A stretch of 63,973 nt of DNA, counting the filler, from Hausera hauseri (Eukaryota): assembly GCA_046269625.1 (NCBI GenBank). It is 9 parts of 9 records of this genome, joined end to end, with 100 filler letters (N's around TTAATTAATTAA, not from the genome) between each part and the next. Parts side by side here need not be neighbours in the genome. Positions count along the whole stretch, not along the records: positions 51,827 to 59,688 come from JBJURY010900314.1; positions 59,789 to 63,973 come from JBJURY010713770.1; 7 more parts are not named here. One strand, given 5' to 3'. A program made the position numbers and the translations under genes. The first letter of the stretch is position 1, and each line of letters begins with the position of its first letter. Positions 51,827 to 63,973 of the stretch are shown piece after piece. The notes under the pieces are model-generated. The model was given only the letters and a program-made list of their open reading frames with translations, was not told where the DNA came from and made no database searches.

Positions 51827-54800
51827 GCACCCTTATACTGCTTACTTAAAAAAGGAACTAAATGCAGATGGACGGACGTCTAACAGAAAGCCTTCGAAGA
51901 AATGAAGAAGATATTAACAAGTGAACCTGTTTTACGTTATCCAGACTTTAACTTACCTTTTATAATCAAGACAGAAGCCAGTAAAGAAGGCATTGGATAT
52001 GAATTAGCGCAGAAAAGAGAAGATGAAGAATAGGAACACCCGATTGCTTATGGGGGACGTTCTTTAAAAAAGGCCGAGAAAAATTATTCTGTTAATGAAT
52101 TAGAAACTCTAGCTGTAAAAGAAACACTTTGTCATTTCAGTGTGTACGTATATTGGAAGAAAATTATAATTGTCACCAATCACAAGGCCGTCACAACCTT
52201 AAAGGGCCGAGCAAATAACCCAACATGTAGACTTAACAGATGGATCGAAGAAATTTCCAGATATAATATCGAATTTCAATAAAGCCAGGAAATAAACATG
52301 TAGATGCCGATGCCTTATCAACATTAAAGACTAAAACTAGTGCGATTACAGTAATGAGGAAAAGTCAGCTGGAAGAAGTAATAGATCACCAACGCGCCTT
52401 AAAGATGGATAAAGTAATTAGAATCTCAATAGAACAAAGAAAGGATAAGGTTATTCAGCAGATTATAGAATTTTGCTAAAAGGGATATCATACCCAAAGG
52501 ACGGCAGTTAAAAAAACAATTATACAGACATGGACATAAATATTGTGTCCTGAACGGTAAAGGCAATGAGGATATTTTGTATTACAAACAAAAAGGAAAG
52601 AAATTAATAGTTAACCCAAAGAATTTACGAAACCGAAATTTTAACTTCAGAACATGATTCATATTTGGCCGGACATATGTCCTGGAAGAAAACACTAGAA
52701 AAAGTAATGAATAAATATTTTTGGCCTAGTATCTACATTGATGTAAAAATTGGGTAAATGCATGCGAAGTATGTGCCACTAAGCAAATGAAGACGAAAAA
52801 CTATATGGCCGAATTAAAGCCAATTAATGTGCCGATAGACCTATGAAGGCCATGTCTACGGATATTGTAAAACCCCTTCCTACAACTCACAAGAACAGTA
52901 AATATATCTTAACGTGTATCGATCGGTTAACTCATTTTGTTCAGTTTATAGCATTAATTGATCAAAAGGCGGAAACCTTAGCAGAATCTGTAGTAAAAAG
53001 AATTATTTGCCGATACGGACCTCCAGACCAAATACTCACCGATAGAGAAAGAAATTTCACAAGCGAACTATTCGAGAAAATCACGAAGATTTTCGAAATC
53101 GAACGACTAAAAACTACTGCATATCATACTCAGTGCAACGGAGTGGTCGAATGGATGAATGCCACCGTCATACGCATATTATCAACAGTAGTAGCAAAGG
53201 ACCAAAAGGATTGGGACGAGTTTTTAGAAGGAACCCAATTTGAAATTAACACCACACCACACCCAGCGACAGGATTCACTCCATTTTTCATAATGTATAG
53301 ACGTGAAGCCGTGTTACCCATGGACTTAGGAATGATGCCATACACGGTTAATCCCGAAGAATTAGAACAAAACTTCGCGGAAGTCTTACAAACACGGTTG
53401 CGGAAGTGTTGGGAAATCTCTAAAGAATTATCCCAAGAATACCAAGAGCAGTTTAAAAGCAATATGATAAGGAAGCAAAACCTCATAATATAGAACAAGG
53501 AAACTGGTTTTATGTGCATTATCCAGTAGCTAAAAAGGCACCTCATTGACTCGTACAGGCAGAGGACCGTACGAAGTTACCAGGGTGACGCCAACTACAG
53601 TATATATTAACAAAAATGGAAAGGAAGAAGTCGTGTCAATACAAAGAATTGTTAAGACAGAGATACGACCCAACAAACGTTACAACTTACGCCAACGCAA
53701 GAAAAAATCCTCCTCAATAATCATTAAACCGATCTCGTACGTTCAGATAGTTTTAGCATTATACTTAATTGCTTCTTTTATTCCGAAAACACAAACCAAA
53801 GGGTGGCACGATGAATCTACACTGAAAGATAATTACGTAACTAGGAAATGAGGAGCAAGATGAGAGGTTAGGAAAACGGAAAGAAAATCATCGGTCGAAG
53901 AAATTCAAAGGTCACTACAGTCAATGTCGATTCGCTATTACTCGTCCAACTCCACATGTGTTGGATTTAAGGTGCAGAAACCACATCCCAAATTTGGAAG
54001 ATTCCAAATCGTCTTAGATGATGTGATAACAAAGGAAACCAACAATTGTGACTTCGAGCTTGGAGACAACATGCAATGTTGGAACGCAGAATTCGGACGC
54101 ATTTATAACCTTACCTACCGTTTGTATCTACCAAACTTATCCAAAATCTATGACACAAGGCCACCATTTCAGCTAGTTATTCCTCCTCGGAACAAAAATC
54201 ATGGAGTATAACTAAAGGAAATGATGAGATCTACCAAACCAGACACAAAAATTTTAGACGGGAATATCCAGAGAATTTCGGTTAATAACGCAAAGCAGTG
54301 CATTCAGGTAGGCACCTGGATAGAGTTAACGATTAATCGAGAAATCAGTATCGGAATGATTCCGAAAATACAATATTGTTCTATTTGCACGGGTATACAA
54401 CACCCCTGCTGCAAACTACTTGTGAACCTAGAATTCAAAATAAAGTTTGACTTATACTAGATACGGCCTAACCGACCAAGTATACAATTACGAACTTACT
54501 ATGCAAAAAATAGAATTTGGAAAATTTTAGCGAAAACCACGACCAAAAAGATTAACCAAACTGTCACCACAAATAACATACCTAAAACAGAACTGGAGAG
54601 TATACTTATCAAATTTTCGTCCCATCAGTATAAAATCGTGTTCTTTGTAGAGAAGAAACAGAATTACGATATATACGTAAACTTTCGGACAACGCATAAC
54701 AACCAAATTGTAACATTATTTAAAAACACCGATCAAACAGAGTGTAATTTACTAAAACCGCAATCTGAATACATAGTACAAGATCATGCAGAGAACAAAC

Positions 54801-56113
54801 AAACCCTAACAATTACATTACATACCTTAGACGAAACTCACGCAGAACCGCATAAAAATATATGCGACGAAACTATAACGCCCTTTACTACTAGAGCACC
54901 ACTAGGATTAACTGCCTTGCCGATTGTATCTATTGCAGTACTGCCGACATTTGTTCTCATTACGTTAACCGCGATTTTTCGATTAGTTACCAAAAATTGT
55001 CATTTTAAGCGTAAAGGAAATATAAAGCGGGAACTGAGAGAACGGGGAGACCCCATTGATCCATATGACAAAATAACCTGACAATTACAGAATGGGTTCT
55101 TCTGCCATTTGATAAAAAATGGTTTTATTTTAAAAATGACCTTTATTTTAAGAATAATCCATATTATTTATTTCCCAGAATCGAAAACAGTGGAATGTCC
55201 GAACGACGTAGAATCGACGAACGAGAAGGAAGAAACATTTCCACCTGTCGAGTTAGTATCAACGAATTTCTTCACAACTATGTTACTGTTCTCCTTATGA
55301 ATTCAAATTCAATTTATCGAGAAATACATAATGAGCTGCACGGAAAGGGCCATCATAAATACGACCAGGTCCACGCCATACCCAGTAATTTAAAGCGAAC
55401 GACCGAGGAAGATAAAATCGTCTACCTCTATGCTATAAGGAAAGATCGTGATGTAAGAGCCTATTAACTTAGACAATTAATAAATTTCAAAATCGGTCAA
55501 GATGTGTTCATCCACTTAGCAGATAGCGAGATATATTAAAGATTACAAATTCAAGAATAGATTACACAAAAAGGAAGAGAGTACAGGTTTAGCACCCTAA
55601 AGATCCAAAGCGAAGACTTACAAAATAAGGAATTGGAATTCAGAGTCGCCGCTCTTCCCGTCAAAATAATTATTGAAGTAACGAAAGAGGAAGAAAGAAA
55701 AAACATGTTACCACCCCTAGAATTTCGGGTTAGACCGTTAGAAGCGGAGGTAGTAAAATCTTTGTATTCCTATAGATTGGTACCCCACACTAGAAACACT
55801 AAAATTATTGCTGTGAGCTGTGGCAAAGGAAATGAAGCGGACAAAATCCAGATGGAAATTTCAATCAGGGAGACGGACGGAACGGAATTATATCACACAA
55901 TAATTAGCCCAAGGAAACGGATCAGAGACTTTCTTTGACCAAACAGGAATCCGTAAAGAAAACTTGAAAGAAGGAAAAGATATCAATAGGGTACAAAATG
56001 AACTGGCCCATTGTCTGTATGGATGTATCCTTATCGGATATCGAATAGAAGAAATTGTATCGTTACTAGAAATTTCTTATTCAGAAATAGCAGGAATAAG
56101 AGAACATAATACG
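51827..56113 (+). mobile_element. family B copy B5: RH, integrase, FN3-like membrane protein, accessory/exonuclease-like ORF
   Basis: Integrase ORF 52843..53493; 53546..53851 links GPY and KRYNLR to the signal segment; 54638..55081 FN3/TM/PYDKIT; 55633..56113 exonuclease-like. Confidence 0.9.
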
Positions 56114-56946
56114 TGTTATATATTGGGGTGGCCCTTAACTCACGCCCCTTATATATAACAGAATTACTTCGAATTTAGATTTCCTTATGCAAATTCGGAC
56201 TAACGTTATCGTTAGACGAATGTGCCTAGTATGTCGATTTAACGTGGATGCAAATGTAGTGTATGCAAATCCTGTGCGTAGATTAAAAGATTCTTGTAAT
56301 CTATATAATTTACAGTTGATTTTAATACTTAGTGTGTCTCTAATCAGCCTTAAGGGCCGATGGCAACTATATAGGGAATTTAGAATAAATAGATAATACT
56401 CACGATATATTGACTAAATAAGCGACGAAGAATCACGAAATAAACAACGTCAATACGGATGCAATTTGAACTGAATTGAATGTGTTGCGTTGGAAAAGAC
56501 AAATCGACGCGACTGTCGATGAAATTCTTTCCTTCGGGTAAATAATTAGAATCTTCTGACAAGCAAACCGACGCTACAGTCGATTATCTCTTCGAATCAA
56601 TGAATAATACTTCGAGTTATTTGACGAGCTAATCGACGCTACAGTCGATGAAAAAGTGTTCGAATTATCGTTCTAAACGTTGTCCTTATATACTTCTCGT
56701 TTCAATACATCTGTACATAATCCGCGTAATTATTCACCATTCTTTTCAGATTTATCTCATTTTCCGACATTTGCTCAATTATTATCAGAATAATATTCAC
56801 ATGCTGCATTTACACTAATTTAAATAACATTTATAAATTTCAACAATAACCATATTATTATCATCGTGTGATATCTACAGTGTTTACAATATATCATTGT
56901 GTGATATTCACAAATGTTGAATATATCATTGTGTGATATTATAACA
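56114..56946. repeat. LTR-like insertion truncating B5
   Basis: Starts TGTTATA and ends TATAACA; left end homologous to 23603; no target-site duplication visible. Confidence 0.55.
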
Positions 56947-56995
56947 CCAAGATGAAAACAAATTAGATACTGAATTAAATGTTGTTGAAATAAAT

Positions 56996-57691
56996 TTGAC
57001 GGAAGTGTCAAGTATAAAGGACGTTGAGCGTTTGTTGGAACAAAAAGTTATTCCCATTGTAGATGATTTAAATGAAAACCATTTAAGGGCACAGATCCCC
57101 GATTCTAGTGAAGAAAGTGAGGAAGATGTAATTGTTGAATATGATTCGGATACTGTAATATTAAATGATAATAATAACGCGGGGAGCAATACAGGAGATA
57201 TAACGTTAGATAAGAAACTGGATAATATGTATGATGAACAATTGGATTTGGAATATTGCAATAAGCAGAATAAAATTTTGGACTATGACAATTTAACGGA
57301 AGGATTAAATGATGAAATTGATATTTTGAACATGTTTCAACAAATTGGAATTTTAGAAATCGGATTTAAGAAAAGTGATGAATTAAGAAATGTGAATCGG
57401 ATGGGTTATGTTTTAGACGATGATCAATGTTTGAAAGTTGTTGATATAGATAAAATGAGAGAATTTGAAAAGGCAAGTATACCAGACGTTTTAAAAACAA
57501 AGTTTCATGAAAAAGTAAAAGAAGTAAATGTTGATTCGTTAGAAATTTTGGAAAATGTTGATAATGTGGATTGTTGTACAGCAATTATAACCGAAAATTT
57601 GAACTTAAGAGAAAATGAAAAAGAATGGGAAGAAGTAGAAAATAAAAGGAATAATGCTTATCATAATTTCAATTTGCACACACAGACCTGA
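56996..57691 (+). CDS. acidic D/E/N-rich ORF of unknown function
   Basis: 231 open codons in very AT-rich DNA; no ATG start and no recognised motif. Confidence 0.35.
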   Translation: MTEVSSIKDVERLLEQKVIPIVDDLNENHLRAQIPDSSEESEEDVIVEYDSDTVILNDNNNAGSNTGDITLDKKLDNMYDEQLDLEYCNKQNKILDYDNLTEGLNDEIDILNMFQQIGILEIGFKKSDELRNVNRMGYVLDDDQCLKVVDIDKMREFEKASIPDVLKTKFHEKVKEVNVDSLEILENVDNVDCCTAIITENLNLRENEKEWEEVENKRNNAYHNFNLHTQT

Positions 57692-59688
57692 GATTAGTCT
57701 TCCTCAACAATATTGATTGAATAATGGTAAAAAAACATTGCGAATATGTATGATTCCATTATGTGCACACAATCAGTTATCGTACACACAAATTTACTGC
57801 TTTGTTTTGCGTGAATACACTTGCTATGTGAGTCGGTATTCCGCGGAAATAGAAAATTGTCACTCACGACCAGTTGCTGACACTGACATTTTTAATTGAT
57901 TAAATGAAGATATGGTCAATTTGAGTAACATTTTAGATTTCGTATTTTGGTTTCACTTAAATCCATACCAATGGAAGATCCAAGAGAAGTGAAAATAGCG
58001 ATTACCTTCCCCTAGGCCAAATATGAATTTTTTGTTTTTAATTAATCTGAAAATCATTTATAATAAATTCAACTTTATATCAGTACTGTAATTTGTTCTG
58101 CCCTCTAAACCAAAATCACGACAATTGAAGACCTTTTCACATGTTCAGTCATCCAAATTATTTTAGTATGGAGTAAATTAGGAATTCACAGTGTAACCAT
58201 TTATTAACATTCGAAAATCTGACAACTATTATGAAGGAAGTAGAAATATTTTAAAAATTTATTGGCGACCATTTATGCGGGAAGTGCAATGAGCAGCACT
58301 ATATCATCTGTCCACGATAACTATGAGCCCCAGAAGTTCCGTTCAAGGATTTCAAAGCAAACATGATTTACGCATCACCATAAGTCGATTATAGAAGAAG
58401 CAAAGCATCATTCAAAAACACCTTCAAACAATGCAGCCGCCAGCATCAGCAGGCCAACTTACAATAATGAGAAAGTCTCAGCTGAGTAAAATGCTGTGAA
58501 CCAAAACAAGTAAAATTCGAACAGCAGAGAAACAGATAATGAAGAAAGTGTTATGACTGACTTAATTGAGTCGCACCCATATGACGATACTCAGAATATT
58601 GGCCAATTTTTGAAGATCTCTAAGCCAGAAATCAAAAGAATACTGCAGGACGACGTAGGTTGAAGTAGAAGCACTCAGATATGTGGGAAATTTTACAAGT
58701 TCCAAAAACAAAATAACAAAAATTGAACATGCAGAAATTAGGCAACAATGAAAATATGAACCAACACTTGGCAGAAAGGGAACTAAACAAATGACAATTT
58801 AATTACATTTGTTTAAATCCACAAGAAACAGGTCAGCTAAAATTTTCAAGCCCAATGTCAGAAAATCCCAAAGCCAACGGAAATATTGCCACCAGTCCGA
58901 TTAGCCGCGACAGGCAACAAGTGAAAACCCAGCTTTGCAGTTCACACTGGGGCGAAAACATTCGCAAAAGGGCACAGAAGTATTCATGAGAGAGCAAAAC
59001 GGAAAGCCCTACCCACCAAAGAGAACGGCAGTGTGGTACACGTTTTTGGGTGTTGCCCTCTTTCCCGGACGGCTAGCGCAGCCTTGACCCTTTCGGCCGT
59101 TGCTTTGCGGGTGGGAAATTTCATGCTGTTACATGGTCAAATATTTATATACAAATATTTCTGCTATAATTACATGAATTCAAATGGAAATTTTCAGCAG
59201 TCAAAAGTCAAATGAAGACGTTTCAAAAGGGAATTTTTCGAAGAAACTAGATTATATGTTTTCAACAAAAAGAAAAATTCCACGCTTAGCTTTGTTAAGA
59301 AACGTCTAAATAATGGGACATCTCCATCCAATTCTTTCATGTCATGCCTTACTATATCATCATTTTTGAATTTAATTGTCATTGTGCTGCCCACATTGAC
59401 CCATCCAAAAATAACTATATATATGTAAGCATTTTTTCTTTCCAGCCTTATCGCAGCAAGACGTCTCAGAGGAATTTGCGGATTGAGTTGATGTATAAAC
59501 TCGATAACATTATTTTTTTTCTCTCTCCTACCGATAGAATTTCTGGAGAGACTTAATAGAGTTGCCGAAATTTTCAGTGAAAATGATCCGTACATCCAGG
59601 CACAAAATTTTTTTTGCAAATAACAGACCCGATGGTTGACCGGGAAATTATCTCGTCGTACGTTAAATCAAGTCCATTACGATCTCGA

Positions 59689-59788
59689 NNNNNNNNNNNN
59701 NNNNNNNNNNNNNNNNNNNNNNNNNNNNNNNNTTAATTAATTAANNNNNNNNNNNNNNNNNNNNNNNNNNNNNNNNNNNNNNNNNNNN
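59689..59788. other. artificial contig linker
   Basis: N-run with TTAATTAATTAA. Confidence 0.97.
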
Positions 59789-62700
59789 AAAAAGGATGAC
59801 TTTAGGATTATTAGGTTTGGAAGTGTCGAAGGCCACACCGTCGATGGTTTTGCACGATTTAAAAGATTTAAGAATGTCAGGCGGGGCTGGTTTTGTTGAA
59901 ATTTGGATTGAGGAAAAATTGGTTTGAAATCAACCGAGCTGACCGATCGGGACAAACAGTCGGCTACTGTATTGTCGACTCCGTTTAGGTACTTAATTTC
60001 AAAATTAAATGTTAACAAATACGATATTTGCCTCTCCTGACGTGGAGAAGGCTATTTCATGGTGAGAATTTGAAGCAAGATCTTGTGGTCCGTTTGTATG
60101 GTAACAGTTCGTGCAGTTAGTAGATGTTTAAAGTGTTTTACAGCAAGGACCATTGCAAGCAACTCTCTGTCAAAGGTGGAATATCTCTGCTCTTGCGCTG
60201 TGGATTTTCGAGAAAAGAATTCCAATGGCTCATGGGATCCATTTTGACTTGATGGGGGACAGCACCTGCAGCTGTTGTGGATGCATCAGTGGTTAAGAAG
60301 AGTTCTGCATGGGAGTCGGGATAGGCCAGGATTTCTACGGTTTTTAGATTATCTTTGAGATGATCGAAAGCATTGACTAGTTTGGCGGTTCATTGAATAG
60401 GCTGTTTTTTCTTGCCAGAACTTAGTGATTCAAATGGAGCGGTTAGAGTGTAGCAATATGGAACGTACTTATGAATAAAGTGCAATGTTCCGAGGAAAAA
60501 ACGCATATCTGTGGATGTACGTGGTAGTTGTATGTTTTTGAGCTGTGTGATGCGGTCTGGCTAAGGTGAATGTCCGGAGAAGCTGATAACATGTCCCAGT
60601 AAATTGACCTTATGTTGAAAAAAGAAGCATTTGGAGAAATTAATTTGCAAGTTGTTTTGATTCAAGTGCTGGAAGATTAAACGTAAGTGTTCAGAGTGCT
60701 GCTTCGAGGAGGATGATACAATTAAGTTATCATCAATATAGGGATAGGCGAAGTCTAAACCTGAGAGAACTGTATCAATATGCCTTCGGAAGATCTTGGA
60801 AACGCTACGGAGTCCAAAAGGTATAAAGATGTATTCGAAAAGGCCGAAAGGTGTAATAACAGCCGTTTACAGAATGTCTGCTGGGGCCACCGGAATTTTG
60901 TGGTATGCTTTGTGTAGATCAATGCAGGAGAAGATGGTCGCACCATGGAGCCTGTAAAGGATATCGTTGATTAATGTAGAGGGTAGGCATCCATTGTTGT
61001 TATGGTGTTGAGTTGGCGATAATCACCGCATGGGCGAAAGGTGCCATCTTTTTTTAAAACCGCATGCAGTGGTGAAAACCAGGAGGATTTGGATCTTCTG
61101 ATTATGCCTGATTTTTCAAGGTCGAGGAACTCAGCGTCCACTGCCTGTCTGCGTCGGAGCGAAAGCGCGGCGGACCTTTTAGCTGCATTGGTCTTTGATT
61201 TGCTGCTACTATGTGATGAAAGGTGGATTGAGGTGGTGTGAGTGATTTGTCCTTCTGCAACAGACGCGTGCAGGAAGACGAAATGTATTGTTGTAGATAA
61301 GAAGGCAACGATAAAAAATTATCCGATGGTGTCGATGCATCGTGACTGGATGCAGTTGAGGTATAAGTTATAGACAAGGTGTTGTGACTGGGTGGTATTT
61401 GGTGCAGGATGTTCGTATTGAAGATGGTGTTGGCAGCTGTGCTATTAGAAATAGATGCCACGCAGTTGGCAATGTCGCATTTGTCACCGTAATAAAAAAT
61501 TCTATATAATGAATGATTATAAAAATAATCCAAATCGGAAGTCGTTTTTTTAGTATTGACTTACTGGACGCGATCGCCGGGGTGGTTATAGAAATGCTAC
61601 TGATTTGATTAATGTTATTTCTGCTCTTTAAGGAGCATTGTTTGCAATACACAAGTATATTGTGGTGGGACAGAAAATCTGAACCCAATACAGGTGTGTG
61701 TACATTAGCTATTGTAAATTTTCATGTGAAAGTGTTTGTGAAGTGTGGGAGGGTGAATGTTAAGGTGGTAGCTTCAAAGATTTGTAAAAGTTCACCGGAG
61801 GCAGTGAACAGTTGCTTTTGTGAAATGTAATTGTGTTGTATGTGCTGTGCTGGTGGCAGTAGTGAGATTGCTGCGCCTGTGTCTAAGAAAATTTATTTTT
61901 TGTTTTGTTGGATTGATGACTGCTGCTTCTAACCTGAATGCAGCAAAAGAAATGTGTCGGCTGTGTTTTTGCAGGTTGTTGCCTTTGTAGGACTTGCCGT
62001 GTGTCCTAACGGCGAAGTTAGTTTTTTGGAGTTGGTGAATTTGGCCTACTGTTTTGTGTGAACTTGTTAGTGTTGGTCTTATTGTGTGTGCTGTAGGTGC
62101 AACCAGGTAGGCATTTTTGTGCTTTTGTGCCAAATGTTGAGTGGTAGATGCAAACCATGTTGCCTGTATTGAAACCAGAGGAATAAAATTTACAACCTAT
62201 GCAGCATTTCTGAGCATTGTTGCCAAATTTGCTATGATGACAGCAAGTTAATGACCGCGCTGGAGAAAGCGACCGTCTTTGACGTTGGTTAAACGCATTA
62301 GGGGAAGCAGGCCTAGAAAAACCCCGTCGAGGTAGTGTTAATGAGTTTAGTTTGTCGTTAATATTGTTGATTGTTTTTTGTAATGCTTCATTTTCTGTGC
62401 GCAATTTCACAATTTGTTGTTGCAGCACTGCATTTTGTTGTTGTTGATCTGTTGTCAATGCTGCAGAGATAGTTGGTGCTGCATGTGAATGCAGTACTTC
62501 GTATGCCTTGTCTGCCAGTACTGCTAGCTTGTCAAGTGCCGTGGAGTCTTCAACCACAGTTAGCAAAGCTCTTATTTGAAGGGGCAATGCATTTAAGAAA
62601 TAGCGACGAAGAAGCACGGGATTGTGTTTAGAGGTTACGCCAAGGATGTTGAGGTGAGACAAGGATGTGCGTAAGAGTTCAGAAGGATTTTGAGGGCCCA

Positions 62701-63583
62701 TAACGTTGTCATGAAAGAACCTTTAAATGATTGAATCGATTGAAGGCTCAGTAAGCTTGAGGACTGCATTGTAGAGTTGTGTATATGGGTCAGCATCTTA
62801 AAGTATATCGATTATATTGGTGATTTTAGTTTTCATGGAAGCTCGTAAGTGGAAGAAGAGGCTGTTGGCTTTGGCTAAAGAGTCTACGACATTTTGCGAT
62901 TGGAGCTAAAATTGGTGCAGTTTTAGTCAAGTTTGAGTAGAGTTTTAGCTGTCAAGAAAATATTCGGTGCAAGGTGAATGCATAAGGAGGGTGTGTTGTG
63001 TTGAAGTGTTTAAAATGCTTTGCTTGGGTAAATGGATGATGTAAATCTGCGGCCTGGTAAGTTTCTCCGTGGTGTCAACTGCGGGTGACCAGTCCATGCC
63101 ACCACGGACACGGAAATAAATGTGAAGACAGATGCGGGTTGAGGACGATTGTAGAGTTCCAGCGAGGTGTATTAGACATTTATTGTATGTGAGGTAGAAA
63201 TTAGAGGAGTGGAGTAAGGTCGAGATAAAGGTGTAAATGGTTGCAGTATGTAAGTGTAATGCTGTGTGTATGGATATGTTCATTATTTAAAAAAAAGAAG
63301 ATGGAGTAGGGAGAGGTGGTATTCCCGGGGACGTGTTGTGGGGCGGCAACAAACGGTGTCGTCTGACCCAATGGCGCAGGGTGGATGGCCGAGAACTCAG
63401 CCTCGGCGAGGCGGGTCCCACACGTTGGGGTAACTGAGTTCCCTGTACGTAATGTTTCTCCGTCGGTCACTCCGTGTTTACTACACAGCAGATCCATTTT
63501 ACAGACCAATGAAGAATTATTTTCATTATTCATTCTCAGTGCACTTTGTGGGCGTGGGTTCGAATCCCACTTCTGATACCAGT
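59789..63583 (-). mobile_element. family A copy A4: PBS, leader, gag, PR, RT, RH
   Basis: Colinear and visibly similar to 1420-5075; gag ORFs 62945..63283 and 62018..62701. Confidence 0.92.
63551..63581 (-). promoter_or_regulatory. tRNA-Leu primer binding site (extended)
   Basis: Plus strand GGCGTGGGTTCGAATCCCACTTCTGATACCA equals the tRNA-Leu T arm, acceptor strand and CCA; on the minus strand it follows ..TTACA-AC (LTR end at 63584). Confidence 0.88.
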
Positions 63584-63973
63584 TGTAAGGCTTGATTGTA
63601 AAAATATCCGCCAATGATAATAAAATTCCAATATATGAAAAGTAAAATCCAAAATGTAACAAAAATGGCTAGTGACAAGAATCAAAATTCAAAAGCGTGA
63701 AACTCATGTTTTATTTCCAATTTAAACAACAATATTTTTTATCATATCGATTATGTCATTAAAAAATTCACGGCTTTGTTAATTGAATGAGATGTTCGCA
63801 GATCAAATCATAAAAGACCATTATAAAATGTGACGATACTCGATCAAGAAAGGCGTACATAAAAAATTTGGAAACCAAATTGACGCATAAAACAAAAAGT
63901 GGAAAGTTGCAAAGAACTTTAATGTTTGATAAAGTCTGTTTAAATACATTCACAAAATTGTATCACGAAATTA

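Noticed and set aside
58890-59120. GC-rich patch with an imperfect inverted repeat, possible ncRNA
   Set aside because: No recognisable family motif and only one copy is visible.
59194-59619. Weak resemblance to a PIF1/Helitron helicase C-terminal region (EFIHQLNP, FPFEF)
   Set aside because: Core helicase motifs are not recognisable; needs an HMM search.
63551-63581. tRNA-Leu gene
   Set aside because: Only the 3' part is present, it has encoded CCA, and it lies next to an LTR end; it is a PBS.

Overview
AT-rich eukaryotic DNA, most likely from an animal (inferred from the host gene fragments). It is nine sequence pieces joined by eight identical 100-nt linkers (N-run, TTAATTAATTAA, N-run), so adjacency across linkers is unreliable. 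Degenerate Ty3/Gypsy LTR retrotransposons of two families dominate. Family A (4 copies) is a conventional CsRn1/Kabuki-like element with a duplicated CHCC Gag motif and a tRNA-Leu primer site. Family B (5 partial copies, B1-B5) is the unusual one. Overlapping its copies by homology gives a large virus-like element: LTR-PBS-gag (Zn knuckle)-long helical region-ubiquitin-like domain-AT-hook-internal signal peptide-chuvirus-like class III fusion glycoprotein-PTAP-protease-RT-RNase H-integrase. The integrase runs in frame into a second type I membrane protein with fibronectin-III-like domains. That protein ends in a conserved TGA-CAATTA leaky-stop context, followed by a REX4/ISG20-like exonuclease domain lacking its catalytic residues, a RING finger and the LTR. 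Host gene remnants (MIOS joined to UBE4B, MFSD3, CDC5L fused to a retro leader) and a Polinton-like fragment are also present. All family assignments come from motif recognition by eye; no searches were run.
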